DNA from: the human T2T-CHM13v2.0 reference genome, Homo sapiens
NCBI RefSeq assembly: GCF_009914755.1
Contig: NC_060935.1
Length of the DNA: 64,000 nucleotides
Direction: 5' to 3' (one strand)
The notes beneath the pieces are model-generated. The model ran no database searches, was not told the DNA's origin, and worked only from the letters and a program-made list of their open reading frames with translations. The translations under genes and the position numbers were made by a program. Shown here one piece after another: positions 42,364-56,330 of the stretch (positions are counted from its first letter, which is position 1; each line of letters begins with the position of its first letter).

Positions 42364-45300
42364 CTGTGGGGAGGAGCAGAAGAAGGGAGGACACCAGGGC
42401 CAGGATGGGAGGCAGTGGCCAGAGGGGCAGGGGAGAGAGGAGAGAGAAAAACAACAAGTATTGAGCAAGTTATTGTTGGAAACCAAAGTCACACTTGGCT
42501 ACATACCTGGGCTTCTGTGACAGATCAGGATTCCAGAGGCTCGCGAGACTAATCTCCGTGGACAATGACCCTCAGATGAGAACAATTCTCTGGGCAGAAG
42601 CCTGCCCTGTGCCTGTTTCCCCACCAAAAGAGGAAGGATTGTAGGGCTCTGCTCAATTTGCTTCTCCTTCTTGCCAACCTGTCCCTGCCTTTGTGCTTGC
42701 CCCTTCCAAAGGGGACCGGCATTCTGAACAGACATCAGGAAAAGTCAAATGTAATTAAAAACCAGTTATGTGTGAAAACAAAGTAAGGATGAGTCCCCTT
42801 CGCCCAATGAAGTGCTTGTGGTCTGGCTGGGCACGTGATGAGTTCTGGGGCCTGCATTTCATGACGGCCTGGACTCTGATTGAGGTTGGGGTGCGGGAGG
42901 GAGGCTGAACCCCAACCCCATGAGTATACTCCAGGTTGTTGTCCAAAACCTGCAGTTTGTTCTGAGCTTTTGCTGGGTTTATTCTCTTTCAGCTTCCTGC
43001 TTCCTCACCCCAACTCCAAGAACCATCTAAATGGGGTTTCAGATCCAAAGCAAATGGTTTGGAGGGGGGCCCTTCATAGCCAGAGTGGAGCTGCCCGCCC
43101 TTCACAAAGGCACATCTGTGAGATGGTGCAAAACACACAGGGCCCGATTCACAAGCCCCTCAGGCTCCAGGCCAGCAACAGCTTCATGCTTACTGCAGGG
43201 AGCGGTGGTAAAGTCTTCCAAAATACAACTGCTCTTTAGGAAACAGGTTGAGCAACCATGTCCACTGAAGCTCTCTGCCAGGGCTCTGAGGGAGAGAGAC
43301 TGACTTGATTCTCATGCCTCGTGGCCCCACATGCTTCAAATTCACATGAAAATCTCAATCCTTTTCATTTCTTTCAAACTAAATTAGCTGGCACCTCTGT
43401 CAAGGTGCATTTGCTCATCTCCCTTCCAAACTGCATGCTTAGTTTAGAAGCTGCTAATAATCTTAGCTACTTTGAAAAAGAAAAGAAAACAAAATTAGGT
43501 CTCAGAGGCTCAGACCTTCCTACCAATCTACAAGACAATGAATAAAATGTTTGAGAATTTAACAAATAGTACGAGTCCCCATGTATGTTGTGTTCCTGTG
43601 CCAGACATCCTGCCAAGCACATTATCTCAAAAGGGAGGTACTTATTACGTGCAGTAACACATCAGATTCTTCAGCTGTAAAGTGGGAAGGGACATCTCTG
43701 ACCTGGAGCCAAGGACCTGGATCCTATGCCAGGCTCAGGAGCTTCTGAGCTGTGTGACCTGGGGCAGGTCCCTTGACTTCACTGAGCTACGGTTCCTGTC
43801 TGGAGAGTTCCTGGTCCTGTCAGACAGTTCCTTGTCTGGAGAGTGTGAGCTGCATGATGCTGCCTTGCAGCAGCCCTTTGCTGACCTAACTGGGCTCTGG
43901 CGAGCACCCAGTGAAGTGGATGACAAAAAGGCATGACAAAGATCAAGCAACTCAAGAAAGGTTTCCTGAATTGAGGTCAGCACAGTGAACTTCAGACAGG
44001 GAGTCTAGGAGGTTTGTGAGATCTATACCTGCTCAGCCACTAATCTACTGTGTGGCTTTGGGGAGGTCACTTCCTCTCTTCTGGGTGTCAGTTTCCTCAT
44101 CTGTTGCAGGTGGAAACTAATGGTATTTAAGATCCCTTCAGGCTGTAAGAATGTGGGATTCTATGACAGAGCACCCTCCCTGTTAGACAGTGTAATCTAC
44201 CCCCAAGACCTGGCTGAAAAGTACCCCCTCCTCTGAGAAATCTCCTGTAATTCACCCTGTGGGTTATTCACTTGTTTCTTTCCTTCCCATTTTTACATGG
44301 TAGAGTGGTTTTCTGTTTCTTTGTCTGTCTTATCATCAGACTAGGAACCCGAGGCTGGTCTAATTCCTTTGATCACCTCCATCCCGGGTACCAAGCACAG
44401 ATCCTGGTATAGAATAGACCTCTTACTAAGGTTTGTTGGATGATGGATGAATTACGGTATGCCTGGGGCTATAGGTGCCTGAGAATGGTAAACATTCACC
44501 ACACCCCACTTAGCCTGGCTGAAAAGTCCAACCAGGCCCACCTGTCTGTTTCTCTCTAGCGACCTGCCTGTATGAGACGTCCCACGTGAGGACAGGGCTG
44601 CGGAGCTATGTCAAGCAGCCCCCTAGGATGTTGTTCAAGCTCTTTTCCTTTCTTGCTCACATAGACAAACACTTGGGCTTGCCTCAAGATAAAGAATGAC
44701 AATCTCCAGGCCCCAGGATATCCTAGGTCCTGTCTCTGTAATTCCCATTTCTTCTGTACAACATTGAAAGGGCAATGACTTCCTGGTGACTCTGGAGGCT
44801 GGGCCTGGGGTCAGGGCTGGAACTTTCCCTTGAGGGCCCTTGGAGAGATGAAAAATCAGCTTAGTATTTGTTTGGGTTTACTCAGCACTTTTGCCAGGTG
44901 GTGGTTTATGGTGTGAAAGTAAACAGCAGAAAGCATACTATTCACTGAGGTGTGAGCCAGGAGAGGGGCGGGCTGCTGGGGCCAAAGCCATGGTGTTTTC
45001 AGGCAGCAGAGCACATGGAGCCCATCAGGGACCAAGAGAAGAGGCAGGCTTTTCCCCACAATGAACTTCCAGACTTCAGGTCTTAGCTAAAATGTACTTC
45101 ATTCCTTTATTAAGTCACCTGGAGACAGTACGGACAAAAGACAGTAAGACTTGGAATCAGATGTGATTCCAGATCTCAGTTTTGCCTGCTCTATGACCTA
45201 CTCAATAGCTGTAAGCTTCCTTTTCTTCCTCTGCAAAGTGGCAATGATGATGACAACCACTTCAGAGGCTTCTTCCTACCTTATATATAGTAGGTATCAA

Positions 45301-45529
45301 TCAATTCATACTAATTCATGTATTCTTCTAATAATATCCACACATGCCTACTATATGCCAGAGACTGTACCTGGTGCTAGAAATACAGAGGTCAATAAGA
45401 TATAATCTCTGCCCCCCAGGAGATCTCAGTCCAGATAAAGCACAAACTAATATTGGCATTCAAAAGATTATCCAAATAATCTATAGCTATGACTCAGGCC
45501 TGCACCTTTTTGCTATGTACAATGAATTA

Positions 45530-45730
45530 AAGAACATGGAACTTAGGGTCAGACAAGTCTGATCTGCCTATGGCTTTACCACTTACTGGCTGGGTAATCT
45601 GCAAGCTGCCAATTATGCAATTCATTGAGCCTTGCTTTCCATTTCTGTAAAATGGGGTTGATAATTCCCACTTCACCAATTTCACAGGGTTGGTGTTAGA
45701 TCAAATGAGGTAATATGTGGGAAAGCCATT
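45530..45730 (+). mobile_element. MIR SINE
   Basis: tttaccacttactggctggg...tttccatttctgtaaaatggggttgataat...tcaaatgaggtaatatgtgg. Confidence 0.7.
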
Positions 45731-48700
45731 TTTTATTTAACTAATGCTCACATCAAGTTTTACAGTTTGCAAAGCACTCTTCATGGACAATTTCTCATTG
45801 AACTATCACAACAAGGCTGTGAAAATGCCTGGCTATTATCCTTCTTAGTGGTGTGGGTACTGAGGCCCAGATAGTATGAGAACATTCTATGAGGTCATGT
45901 GATCATCTAGTGTCTTTTCATTGTTTTGACAATCCTTGGAACAGTACTTCAAGGCAGACATTTCACAGATAAGGAAACGAAGCCTCAGAACAGGCAAGGA
46001 ACACTGACCTGTCACAGGTGGGCTTCCCTTTGAGGGAAACTCTCAGCTTTTCCAGCAGATCCCCACCTCCTGCCACTCCTGGCCCTGCTTATCCTTTGTT
46101 ATATCCAAGTCAGACCCTGATATATGTGAAATGAAATGAGGTCCTCTACACAGAGTTTCCCAGGCACTTAGTCTCACCCTTCCCATCTGGAGACTACTGC
46201 TCTGTCCATCCAAACACTCAACTTCCTTGCCAGTTTACACTAGACATGCTCTCCTGGCATGAAGTTAAAGTGGCCTGGTGACTGGGCACTCCTCCACCAG
46301 CCCTTTACAAGCTGGGTTGTGAGCTCTTACACATTTTAATGGAAGGGCCCTTGATGTTTATGGGGTGCTAACTGAAGGTAATACAGCTTGGGAGTGCTTG
46401 GATTCTCTGCAGATGGGCCCATCTGACTGAGTGAAGAGACCCACAGACTCAAGATGAGAGTAGAAACCTGTGATGCTACTTTACCATTTGGCCTCAACTC
46501 ATAGTCCCTATTGTTTCTTTTTTTCTTATTTTCAAATACCTTGAAACAAAAGGAACTGTTTTATTTTTCCTTCTCAGATTCTGCTTTGACATTAAAGCAG
46601 ATATAATTTCCTGAAGTGGCTAGTGAAAGCTAAACAGGACTATGCTAAAGAATGTGCTTTGACAGCTCATATGTCTTTTACATAATGTAAGTGGTCCTTT
46701 GTGAAATGTGGGTTACAGCTCCTCTCCTAGTCACAAGTTCCCTTATGTAAAACAGGGATGACGTCAACTACTATACTTTGGAGGACTGCTGTAGGAATTA
46801 CTTTCATTTGGTTGATTTCTTGGGTGCTCCCTGTGTGCAAGCCCCACAGTGGGCACTGGAGATCCCATGGTGATTATGACAGGCATGAATTTTTCCTTGA
46901 CCTCAAGGAGTTTACATTCTAGCATGGCAGACAGATATAACCTAAATCAATTTAGCATGAACAAAAGTATAGCTTCTAACATAGTGCCTGGCACATATTC
47001 AGGATATAATAAATACACACATTTTTATGAGAAAGGAGATGTAGTGGCAAGTACACTAGACTAAACTTAGAAGACCAGATATGAATTCTGACGTTTGCAA
47101 CATACCCAATAACAAGGGAGGGTTTGATAAATGCTAGTTGGCTTTCACATGACCAACATCAGAGCTTTCTGAATTAATGGAGGAGGGCTGGGGTCTGGGA
47201 GGAATCTTTTGAAGTACTAGGAGTACACAAGCCATAGAGGAGACTTGAGTTCAGATTCTGACTCCCCAGTTTCCTAGCTGTGGGTACTTGGGGAACTTAA
47301 TCTCTCTGAGACATAATTCTTTACCCCTAAAATGAGGAGAGTAATAATGGTCCCCCTCTAGGATGAGTGGTGACAACTGAAGAAAATAGTTTATATGAAA
47401 AGCTCTGTGTACACTATGCTGTGTATGACTAATTGATGAGGACCTAAGATGATTCCATCAGCACAGCTCCAAGTAACCCAGCAGAGGAATGTGTTCCTGA
47501 AGAATGAAATATTTGCTTTTCTAGTAGTGGTCTCAAACTTTGGGGCTACTACTAGAAAAGCATGCTCTTCCTCTGGTCACCTAGCATGGCATCATCAGCC
47601 AAGAGTATCAAAACCTAGGTAGAAGCCATTTGTATTTGTAGCCTGGACTTCCTCTCAAAATCAGAGGAAAATCTCCAACTGTCCAAAAATTCCTATTCCA
47701 AGCTTACAGAGTTCTTGATTGAACTGTACAGGCCCTTGGAGATGAACCTGGCAACACGTGAGCTCTTCCCCTACAGAAAGTCAAACCCATAGCACCACCC
47801 TTTCCCTACCCCACCTCTTCCCTGCCTCACCCGTGCACTGTCCTCTCTCTAGATTGGAAGCCCACCTGATGGGAAGATCAATGTGGTCCCCTGGCACTAG
47901 CACCAGGTGTGGCCCAGCATGGCTTTCAACAAATGTTTGTTGAAAGAATAGATGAATGAAAAAAGCTTTAATGGAAGAGGTGTATGTCGGTTGATGTGAC
48001 TCTATCTCAGTGCCACGTTGTACACAGGTTATTTTGTTAAATATATTATGTAGAGGCTCAGTGTCCTTTGTGCCTAAGCTTCTTAGAAACTCATTTTCTC
48101 CAATCTCTGTGTGTGAACTCTGTAATTTAAAACAATGCCTCAGTCCTTACACCCACAGACACATCTTCTTCATGCTAATGCCCAAGTCACACTTGTTCTC
48201 TTTCTATGATGTGGAAGGGGGTGAACACACGAGGAAGAGGCGAAAGAGCAGGGAAAAGACACAAGGTTTGGCTCTTGGTTAATTATGTCAAAAAATGTAT
48301 ATGTACAGGAAAAGCTGCCCCAGGCTCGTCTCATTAGATGTTAATCCCCGTGCAAGCCCAGATGAAGCCTGGGACCTATCGCTGCTACGTTTTAATTTGT
48401 CTGGACTTACTTTACAATCCTGTTCATTAAAATAGCTGGTAGGGGAAGCTGTGCCTTTCTCCGAAAGGGAAAGGCTTATGCACAATTTTCCCACAAAATT
48501 TCTTCTACTTGGAAAGATGCTCAAAACTGATACAAGTAGGGGGTAGAAGGGCCCCCGCCCAAAGATCTGCACGCCTTCCTGCTGAGCAAGGAACAGGTGC
48601 AAATGAAGCTGTTTCTAAAATTCCAGTCATGTGGAAACAGAGTCTTGCTCCCCGGGACCTCCTGGGAAGTCCTTTCATAAGTCTGCATTTAGCACTAGAA

Positions 48701-51700
48701 GAGGTAATAAGTATAATTGTTCTATTTTGCTGAGGACCTGAGATTCCAAGAGTGACCTTAAGAAATTTTAATAGAGGGTTAATTTTAAATGATTCCTGCC
48801 ACGATTTTTTGTTTTATCACTAGCTCATCTGAGTTACTGCACAAGTGGGGGAGTTTATCAGAAATTCTGGCATACTTAAAGTCCAAGCCAAACCATTAAT
48901 AGTCAGCATTTGAGGCAAAAATAAGAAAATGAAGTACCTTCAATGTTCCAGAACTGCAACTGTTGTTGTTGGAACACAAATATTAACTCATTAAATTCTC
49001 GCAATAGTCCTGCAATGATGCTTTCACTCCCATATCATAGTTGAGGAAACAGCTTGGAGACATTAAGTGCTCAAAGGTACTTAGCTAGAAATGAAAGGTG
49101 ACTGTGATTCACATGATTTTTGGCCTATGAGTTGTGGGATCAGGTTTAGACAATACCTCAGATGCCATATGAGTGTATCCCCTGATTGTTAATTACATCT
49201 TAGATCATAGCCCCAGCTAGACTATAAGATCTCTGGAATCAGTGTTTTCAGTTTCCTTCCTCACCTCAACCCAATGCTGACTGTGTTAAGCACTTTTCCT
49301 TTTGTTTGTCTGTTTATCCGTCTGTTCATCCTCCATCCAACTGTCTGCTCATCCATCAGCCCATCTATCTGTCCATCCACCCAAATGTGTAATCACCTAA
49401 CCAGCTGTGTGTCACCAGGCCATCTAAGTGTCCCAACTATTTCATGTTTATGTGCTGGAAAGCATCAGGGAAAGGAGGGGTTGAAGATACTGGAGGGAGC
49501 AAGGGGATGCTCAGCTGAGGTGCCTTTCAACAGGTAGAGAGGACTGTTTCCGAAGCACAATCAGAGGAACGGGCATAGTGGGTACTTCACCCTCTGGGTA
49601 GAGGGATCAGACAGAGTCATGTGGGACACAGTCTGTATGGGAAGCAGGCAGGATAATGGGGCAGCACTAAACTATTGGCCTCAGCGTTCTCCGTGAGGTA
49701 GGAGGCGGGAATCTCCCTGGAGCAGGGTGCTGGTGAATAGATGTGAACATTTGAAACAGCCCCCTGGCGAATGAGAGCGAGAACTCACAAAGTACAAGAA
49801 CTGCAGCTGGGAGGGCCCAGGAGAGGCTAAAGATCAGGAGCATGATGTGATTTGGCTTAGTGGCATTCAGAAGCACAGCTTTGAGATCAGAAGTGGTGAA
49901 TGGTTAAAATGATCCTGGGTTTTGCAAGGTGGATGTGGAATAAAGGCACAGAGACCAGGGAGCTGTGAGTGATGGACCAGCGGAAGAGCAGAAAATGTAG
50001 AAGGAGATTGAGCCAGGAGAGAACTGGCACTGGGTAGGAAGTGGCCTGGTTCTGGCCAGGACATTTCCTTTAGGTGGATTAGTGTCAAGGAAGAAAAAGA
50101 GCAAAACTAGAGGAGCAGGCTTTATGGTTAGAAAAGAATTCTCTAGATGGGAAAACTAGGGCCCATCTAGGAAGTACCTTATCCTATGCCACACAGTGAC
50201 ATGCATGTCAGTACTTGAGTAGGAACTTGCTGGCTGCCTTGGCAAACAGTCAATGTAAGGGGGCAGCTGGACAAGTAGCTGCCAGATGGTGGTCGCTGCG
50301 CTCTTTGGGCCTTCTTCTGTGCTTCTGCCTGGGCCATTTCCATAGTCTGGGCTCCTTTACCGTGATCTTCATGTATTCAAATCTAAATGTGCTTTGAGTT
50401 CTGGCTCCAATGCCACCTCCTCCTTGAAACCCCCTCCCGGCAGCTGGAAGGAGTTTCACCTTCTGCCTTCCCAAAGCACTTTTACGTGGATCTCCCTTTC
50501 TCAGGGTTATTAGTCTACCTGAGTTGTCTAGAGAACCCTGCCATCATCAAATTAATCTCTGCATTCCCTAGTGAGTCTTACACAGGAAACATGTCTTCTG
50601 ACTGTATCTGTATTGCCAGATTCCAGTGGTACAGGACAGAGTGCTCACGTAACTGTTCAAGATTCTGTGATTTTTCAGAGAAGAGGCTTGGAATCAGGTA
50701 AGAGCCTGCTCTGCTACTTCCTAGCTATGTGAAACAAATACTGCACACCTTTGAGCCTTATTTTTGTCATTTATAAAATGGTGATAATGATATCTATCTA
50801 TCAGAGTTTTAAAACAGATTTAAAAATATACTGAGCATCTACTATGTGACAGATAGGCCTAGGGGCTGAGGATACGAGATTATATGAAATTATTCGTATC
50901 CACAAGAAACTCAAGTCTGCCTATGTGTGTAAATGTGCACAATGCCAGCCACCATGCCCAGCACACAGTAGGCTAATTAAAAGTTAGCTTTTTCTCCCAC
51001 AGACCAGATCTCCATATATTTTGTACAAATTAGCATTCTGAAAGTATGGCACCCACGCTGTCTCCCTGCCTCCCTCACTAAGTTGGACAGATGGCTTTCA
51101 GTCTCAGTGCAGGTTTCAGGAAGAAGCCAGAAGGGGAAGAAGGTACAGCAAAGGAACCTCTGACTTCCTTACAGTAATTAGTCTCCTTTAGACATTGAGG
51201 CCAAACCCAAGCTACTCTCCTGTGCTTTTCAACTTCCCTCCCTATCACCCGAGAGTCAGAGCTGCTTCAAGCCATGGCTCTGTTCCACGGATCGAGATGG
51301 CGGAAAGTTAATGAGCCTTGGAAACCACACGGCCTTTCACCTCATTCAAGGAGCTTGGAGAGCTTTCAAACCAAGCAGAAAAGTGGATTCCAGTATGTGG
51401 GTGCAGAGCAGGTCTCCACATCTATTCCCCCAGGACTAGATTTTCAAGTCTTTACAAAGCACCTACCACAGGAAGCAGTAAGCCACTGCTATTCCTCTTA
51501 ATTGGAGAGTATCTGGCTTCCTGATTAGAGGAGTTCAAACCCAGCTTGGAGGAGGCCTCCAAATAGGAGCTGACTTTGCAGAAGGATAACAAGTCAGGAA
51601 AGAACTAGTGAGCAAGGAAGCCAAATAACGAGACTGGGATGTGTATTTTCGGCCAGGACTGGAACACAACCTGACCCCCACTAAAAGGGCCCAACTGGGT

Positions 51701-51759
51701 GAAATGAAGAGACAGCTGATGTTACACTCTCTTCCTAATGACCTCTGACCCTAATAACC

Positions 51760-52260
51760 TTTTGTAAAAGGCTCATTTCTCCACTCAGTCATAAGCTCAT
51801 CTATCTAACTCTTTCCTGGACACTTCCACCTGGCTGTCCCCCAAGAACCTCCAACTGTATGCTGACAATAGAGTAGGTTTCTAAAACCAAACCTGACCTT
51901 GTCACACCTCCGCCTAAAACTTCTCAGTGGCTCCCAAAGACAGAAAAAACCTAAACTCCTTCAAGATTATTCATGCTGGCTTTCCTCATCTTTTCCCCCT
52001 CTCACTACTGCCACAAATATCCTAAAAGCTAAGCCACTTCAAGCTACTCATCTTTCCTAGAAAATGCCTTGATCTCCCATCTTTGTATATGTTGCAAATC
52101 TTTGACTTCTACAATTGGCTGTTGCAAGGTGCTTGCCTCTTCCTTTTATCACTACCTACTCATATCCAACCTCCACCACCACCTTGAATTCCACTTCCTC
52201 CAAGAAGCTTCCCTGACCATTGGTTGAGAGCAATTGTTCTTTTTCTGAAACCCTTGTAGT
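51760..52260 (+). mobile_element. L2 LINE fragment
   Basis: tttctaaaaccaaacctgaccttgtcacacctccgcctaaaacttctcagtggctccc...cacttcctccaagaagcttccctgacc. Confidence 0.65.
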
Positions 52261-53859
52261 AATATTAGTACACCAAAGTCATGATCCAATTTACATGGTT
52301 CCTCTGGCAGTGTTACTAAATGAAGTGCTATCCAAAACCTGATACCTGATTTACTGGCAGTTTCAGCACAAACCTTGGTAATAGCCAATGGCAGAGTTGT
52401 GCAGAGGATAAACATGGGCTCTGAAGCCAGAGAAGCCTGGAAGTGAATCATTGTTTTCTCAGAGTGTCTTTGAGCAAGTCACGCAAGTTCTCTGGACCCT
52501 GGTTTCCTGGGAGTAACACCATCTGCAATGTCAGAGGTTAATGTATTTGCTGTTTGAATAAGTCATGAAGCACGTACATGAAGGAGCTCTGTAAAATATA
52601 AAATTTCCATTGAAAGAACAGTTTTTTTTTAAGATTACAAGTTATAATAACAGCAGTTTGATTCAGGAAGACAACTAGAGATTTTGTACAAGATATCAGC
52701 TTGGGCATCCAAATAGAAACTTCATTCTGAAGCCCAATTTCAGAAGGGCTTATATTTGCATACTGAAGAGATCCAATTCTGATAGAAAACGTTCCAGGGC
52801 TGTCAGGGGAAATTCTACTAAATTACAAATCTGCCAGCTCTTGGTTTATCAACCTTTAACTCTGGCAGTATTTAGCAGCATGCTTGTCTGGGCCCAATTT
52901 TCCAGTCTTTGATTAAATGTTAGGAACTGACCATCTCATTGTGTCTAAACCGCCACACTACCTCCCAGGCAACTGGGAGGCTCTTCCGTGCCGCCCTCTG
53001 ACACTTCCCTTCCTCTCTATGCCACTGTCAATCTCCTGGATATTTATTATTCTGAACTTTGATTTCAGGCTATCACTTGCTGTTGGGAAGGGGTACAGGA
53101 AATGTCAAGTCTCAATGGATATTATTCCTCTGGAGAGATTCTAACCTTGAGTTTCCCCTCCTATAACATGCCTATACAGAAATAGCCTAACTTGATTGTT
53201 TCCTTTTGATGTTTAATTGGATGTTGGTGCTGTGCTTTCTGGACTGAGAAGCTAATGCTTCTCAGAGAAGGAACAATTCTAGCTACACAAATGAGACTTG
53301 TAACAGGGGAGAATGCTCAATGCTGAATCTAATTTTCTCTCCCATCCATGAACATAAGACAATTTCTCTGGCATTAAAGCATCTCACTCAGTCTTTCTGT
53401 CATTAATAAGAATTAAATTCTGTTCCCTCAAATTTAAATGTAATTATATTTTGCCTCGTAAATAAAATTGAATTTAGCTCTAGTGCAACTGCTATGTTTA
53501 GAGCTTTAATTATTTTAACCCGGTTGCTACTTTAAGCTTATTTTTGTTAAAGCATTGAGTTTATTTTGCTGTCGATTGTGACCTAATTTGATAACAGGGC
53601 TTTTCAGCGCCATATCCATCTAGTCGTTATTGTTATTATTTATGCTTTGTGATTCTCTTTCCCTTTGGGTAGGGGAGGAGATTAATAGAGAATAAACTGA
53701 AAGCTTAGAGGATCTGAGTGTGAATTCTGGAGGGTTCCACTGTGTTAAGGTAGAATCTAGGCCAGATTGAGTTGAGAGAGCCAAAGAAAGAGATCTGATG
53801 TGGAGTCTGAAAGGGCAACAGTCAATGTTCATTGACAATTATTTTAAGCCAAGATTTTC

Positions 53860-54330
53860 GGCACAGCATTCAGCGGGCTCCGAGGTTTGGATCCTGCCTA
53901 CCTCTGGCCTTCTTTCCTGCCACCCACCCCTGCAGCTTCTATCTCCAGCTGGACTGAGCCGCGACTGTCCAGCTGATCATGCATGCTCTCTACTTGTGCA
54001 CACGCTGTTCCCTTGGCCTGCACTGCCCTCTCCTCCTTGGCCACCAGGGGGCCTCCCTTCAGTCCCCTTTCAGGGTCTGGCTCACAGATCTCTGGCTGGT
54101 GACAACCTTCTCCATTTCCTCTCCCATCCCATTACTGGCCAAGTTCACTGCTTCTGCTTTTGTGCTCCCAAACCCTACTGTACACACAACAATCAGAGCT
54201 CTGCTCATGCTGAATAATTAGGCGTCTCATTTCCTGACCAGGCTGTGGGGCTGTCTGATCCTCGGTGCCTAAAACAGTGAATGCCCAGCACACAGGATAG
54301 GCCAGAAAGATTCAGTGAATGAATGCAGTG
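53860..54330 (+). mobile_element. L2 LINE 3' fragment
   Basis: Pyrimidine-rich body ending in gcccagcacacaggataggcc...cagtgaatgaatg. Confidence 0.6.
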
Positions 54331-56015
54331 AATGTGTCAGCGTGGGAGCAGGTCTGGAGCTACTGTGGGGTGCTCTCTCTGAGGAGGTTGTGCTCTTCTC
54401 TGGAATGGACCTCAGGAAGCTTGTGATGCTGAGAGGAGGCTGACCCTAACTCCCTTGTGCTGTGGGCCACTGACCTAGTTGTTTGGGGTTAATGTGTCAG
54501 CTTTTATCTGACTCTTCATCTAGACAATGATCTAGATAATGACTCTTCATCTAGAGTCAATGACCAGTGTTGGGGCTGGGGAAAGGGGATGGTAGAGAGA
54601 TTCAGAAACTGCAAGGAAACTGCGCCTCTGAGAGAGCAAGTGAGTTGTTTACGGTTACACAGATTCAGGTCCAGGCCTTCTGGCTCCAAACCTTCACTGT
54701 ATAAACTGTCCTAAGAATTACACTTGTTAGAGTCTAAGGACTGTTTGGATAACTTAAATCTAATCATGCATTCTAAAACTATATAAAACTACTTCATTTA
54801 TTGACTGCTTACTGAATGCAGCCACCATATACATGTGAAATCTGATTTGGAAAACAACCCTGCAAGGCAGGTGTCATTAGCCATAGTCTATGCTTAAGCT
54901 TAGTGTTGAAAATCTAGCCTGGTCCTACTCCAAATTTCATGCAATTCTTGCTGACTGCACGTGTTACCTCCAAACCTGTGCCACTGAATCTCTAAAACAT
55001 CTCCACCTGTTATTCCACAAAACTCAATTGCAATCAAATGATAAGAATCATAAACCCGCAGCATGAGCATTTTACAGGCAAAATCTCTGCCATGTATTGC
55101 TTCTGTGAGCCAGCAACCCTAAGGAATAAAATATAGGGAGAGGGCCCTCTCAAATAAAAGTCATTTATGGGAGACAAGACTGGAGAGAGCTCATATAGCA
55201 GTGGAAATGAGGAATAAATTTATGAGGCTGAGGAGAGAGGCTATGGGGGTAAGGGTGGGGAAGGAAGACCTGAGGGAGAACCAACAGGGACAAATGATGA
55301 GTCTAAGGGATGGCTTTTGAAAGCGTACCATGGAAAATGCCACAGAGGCTAAAATCTTTAGAAGCCATTAAGCTCTGAAAGAAAGGTGAGCCTTTCCAAT
55401 TCTAAGGACCATCTCAAAGAGATTAAATTCTTTCCCTTTTCTGAGACAGCTCTGAGCCAAGAGGGTGAAAAGCCAACTAAAGCACAAGGAAGGGGAGATG
55501 GGAGGAGTTGTTCTGCTCAGCAGTGCTGCTGAGTGTACCCACTTTATGCAAAAGTTGATGAGGCATTCAGCCCAGCAGGCCTGCTCCCTAGGGAAGATGG
55601 CTTGAAGGAGGTGAAATGATGCCAGCTCTTGTCCAGGAGGGCTTCTGGCTGGCTGGCACTGCGCATGAAACTAACATGATCTAGGTCTGGGAAGTGACAG
55701 ACAAGGAGCACAGAGATTTGGTGTTAGCCCAGCACACTGTGTGGGGAGTGGGAGGGAAGGGGTTTATGAGGAGGTGGGGAGGAGGTGGAGTCCTGAGAGA
55801 AGGGATTAGGTTCGCTGTCGGGTAGTGTGCTGGGATCTTCCTGGACAGAGCTTTCGGCTGCAGCCCCTCTCTTCCCTGTGTTTCCAGGGGGCTCTTTTTC
55901 TTTCTTTGACTATTCACTGGTTAAGTCATTCATGCAATAATCACCAAGAACCTAATGTATGTTTGTCCCTATGCTAGGGATACTTATAGGCCCTGACCTC
56001 ACAGAGTTCACAGGG

Positions 56016-56043
<28 letters not shown>
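56016..56043 (+). repeat. (GA)14 microsatellite
   Basis: Read directly; reads (UC)14 in the pre-mRNA. Confidence 0.95.
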
Positions 56044-56046
<3 letters not shown>

Positions 56047-56069
56047 ATTAGAATACATCAGTCAATATA

Positions 56070-56330
56070 ACATAGTGTTTAGGAGAGACCTTGGAGCCAG
56101 ATGTGGTTTGAATCTGGACTCCGCCACTTATGAGTCGGGTGAGGGTTGGGGGAGAAAAGGGATGCCAGTATGTAATTTAATCTTTCTGAGCTTCAGTTTC
56201 CTTATCTGGAAATGGTAATACTAGTAATACTTCCTTCCCAGGGTTCTTATGAACCTTAGCTAAGATAAGGTTGTAAAGGACTTAGTTCAGTGCCTGGTAC
56301 ATGCTAAATACTAAGAAATGGATGGCTCTT
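56070..56330 (+). mobile_element. MIR SINE
   Basis: ggtttgaatctggactccgccacttatgag...ctgagcttcagtttccttatctg...cagtgcctggtacat. Confidence 0.75.

Noticed and set aside
42009-42552. Several overlapping 86-165 aa ORFs on both strands
   Set aside because: Shadows of the GC-rich 186-nt TENM4 exon.
55990-56043. (UC)14 followed by GAG|GTCAGG as a recursive site or cryptic acceptor
   Set aside because: GAG is a poor acceptor, it is separated from the tract, and it lies in repeat-derived sequence.
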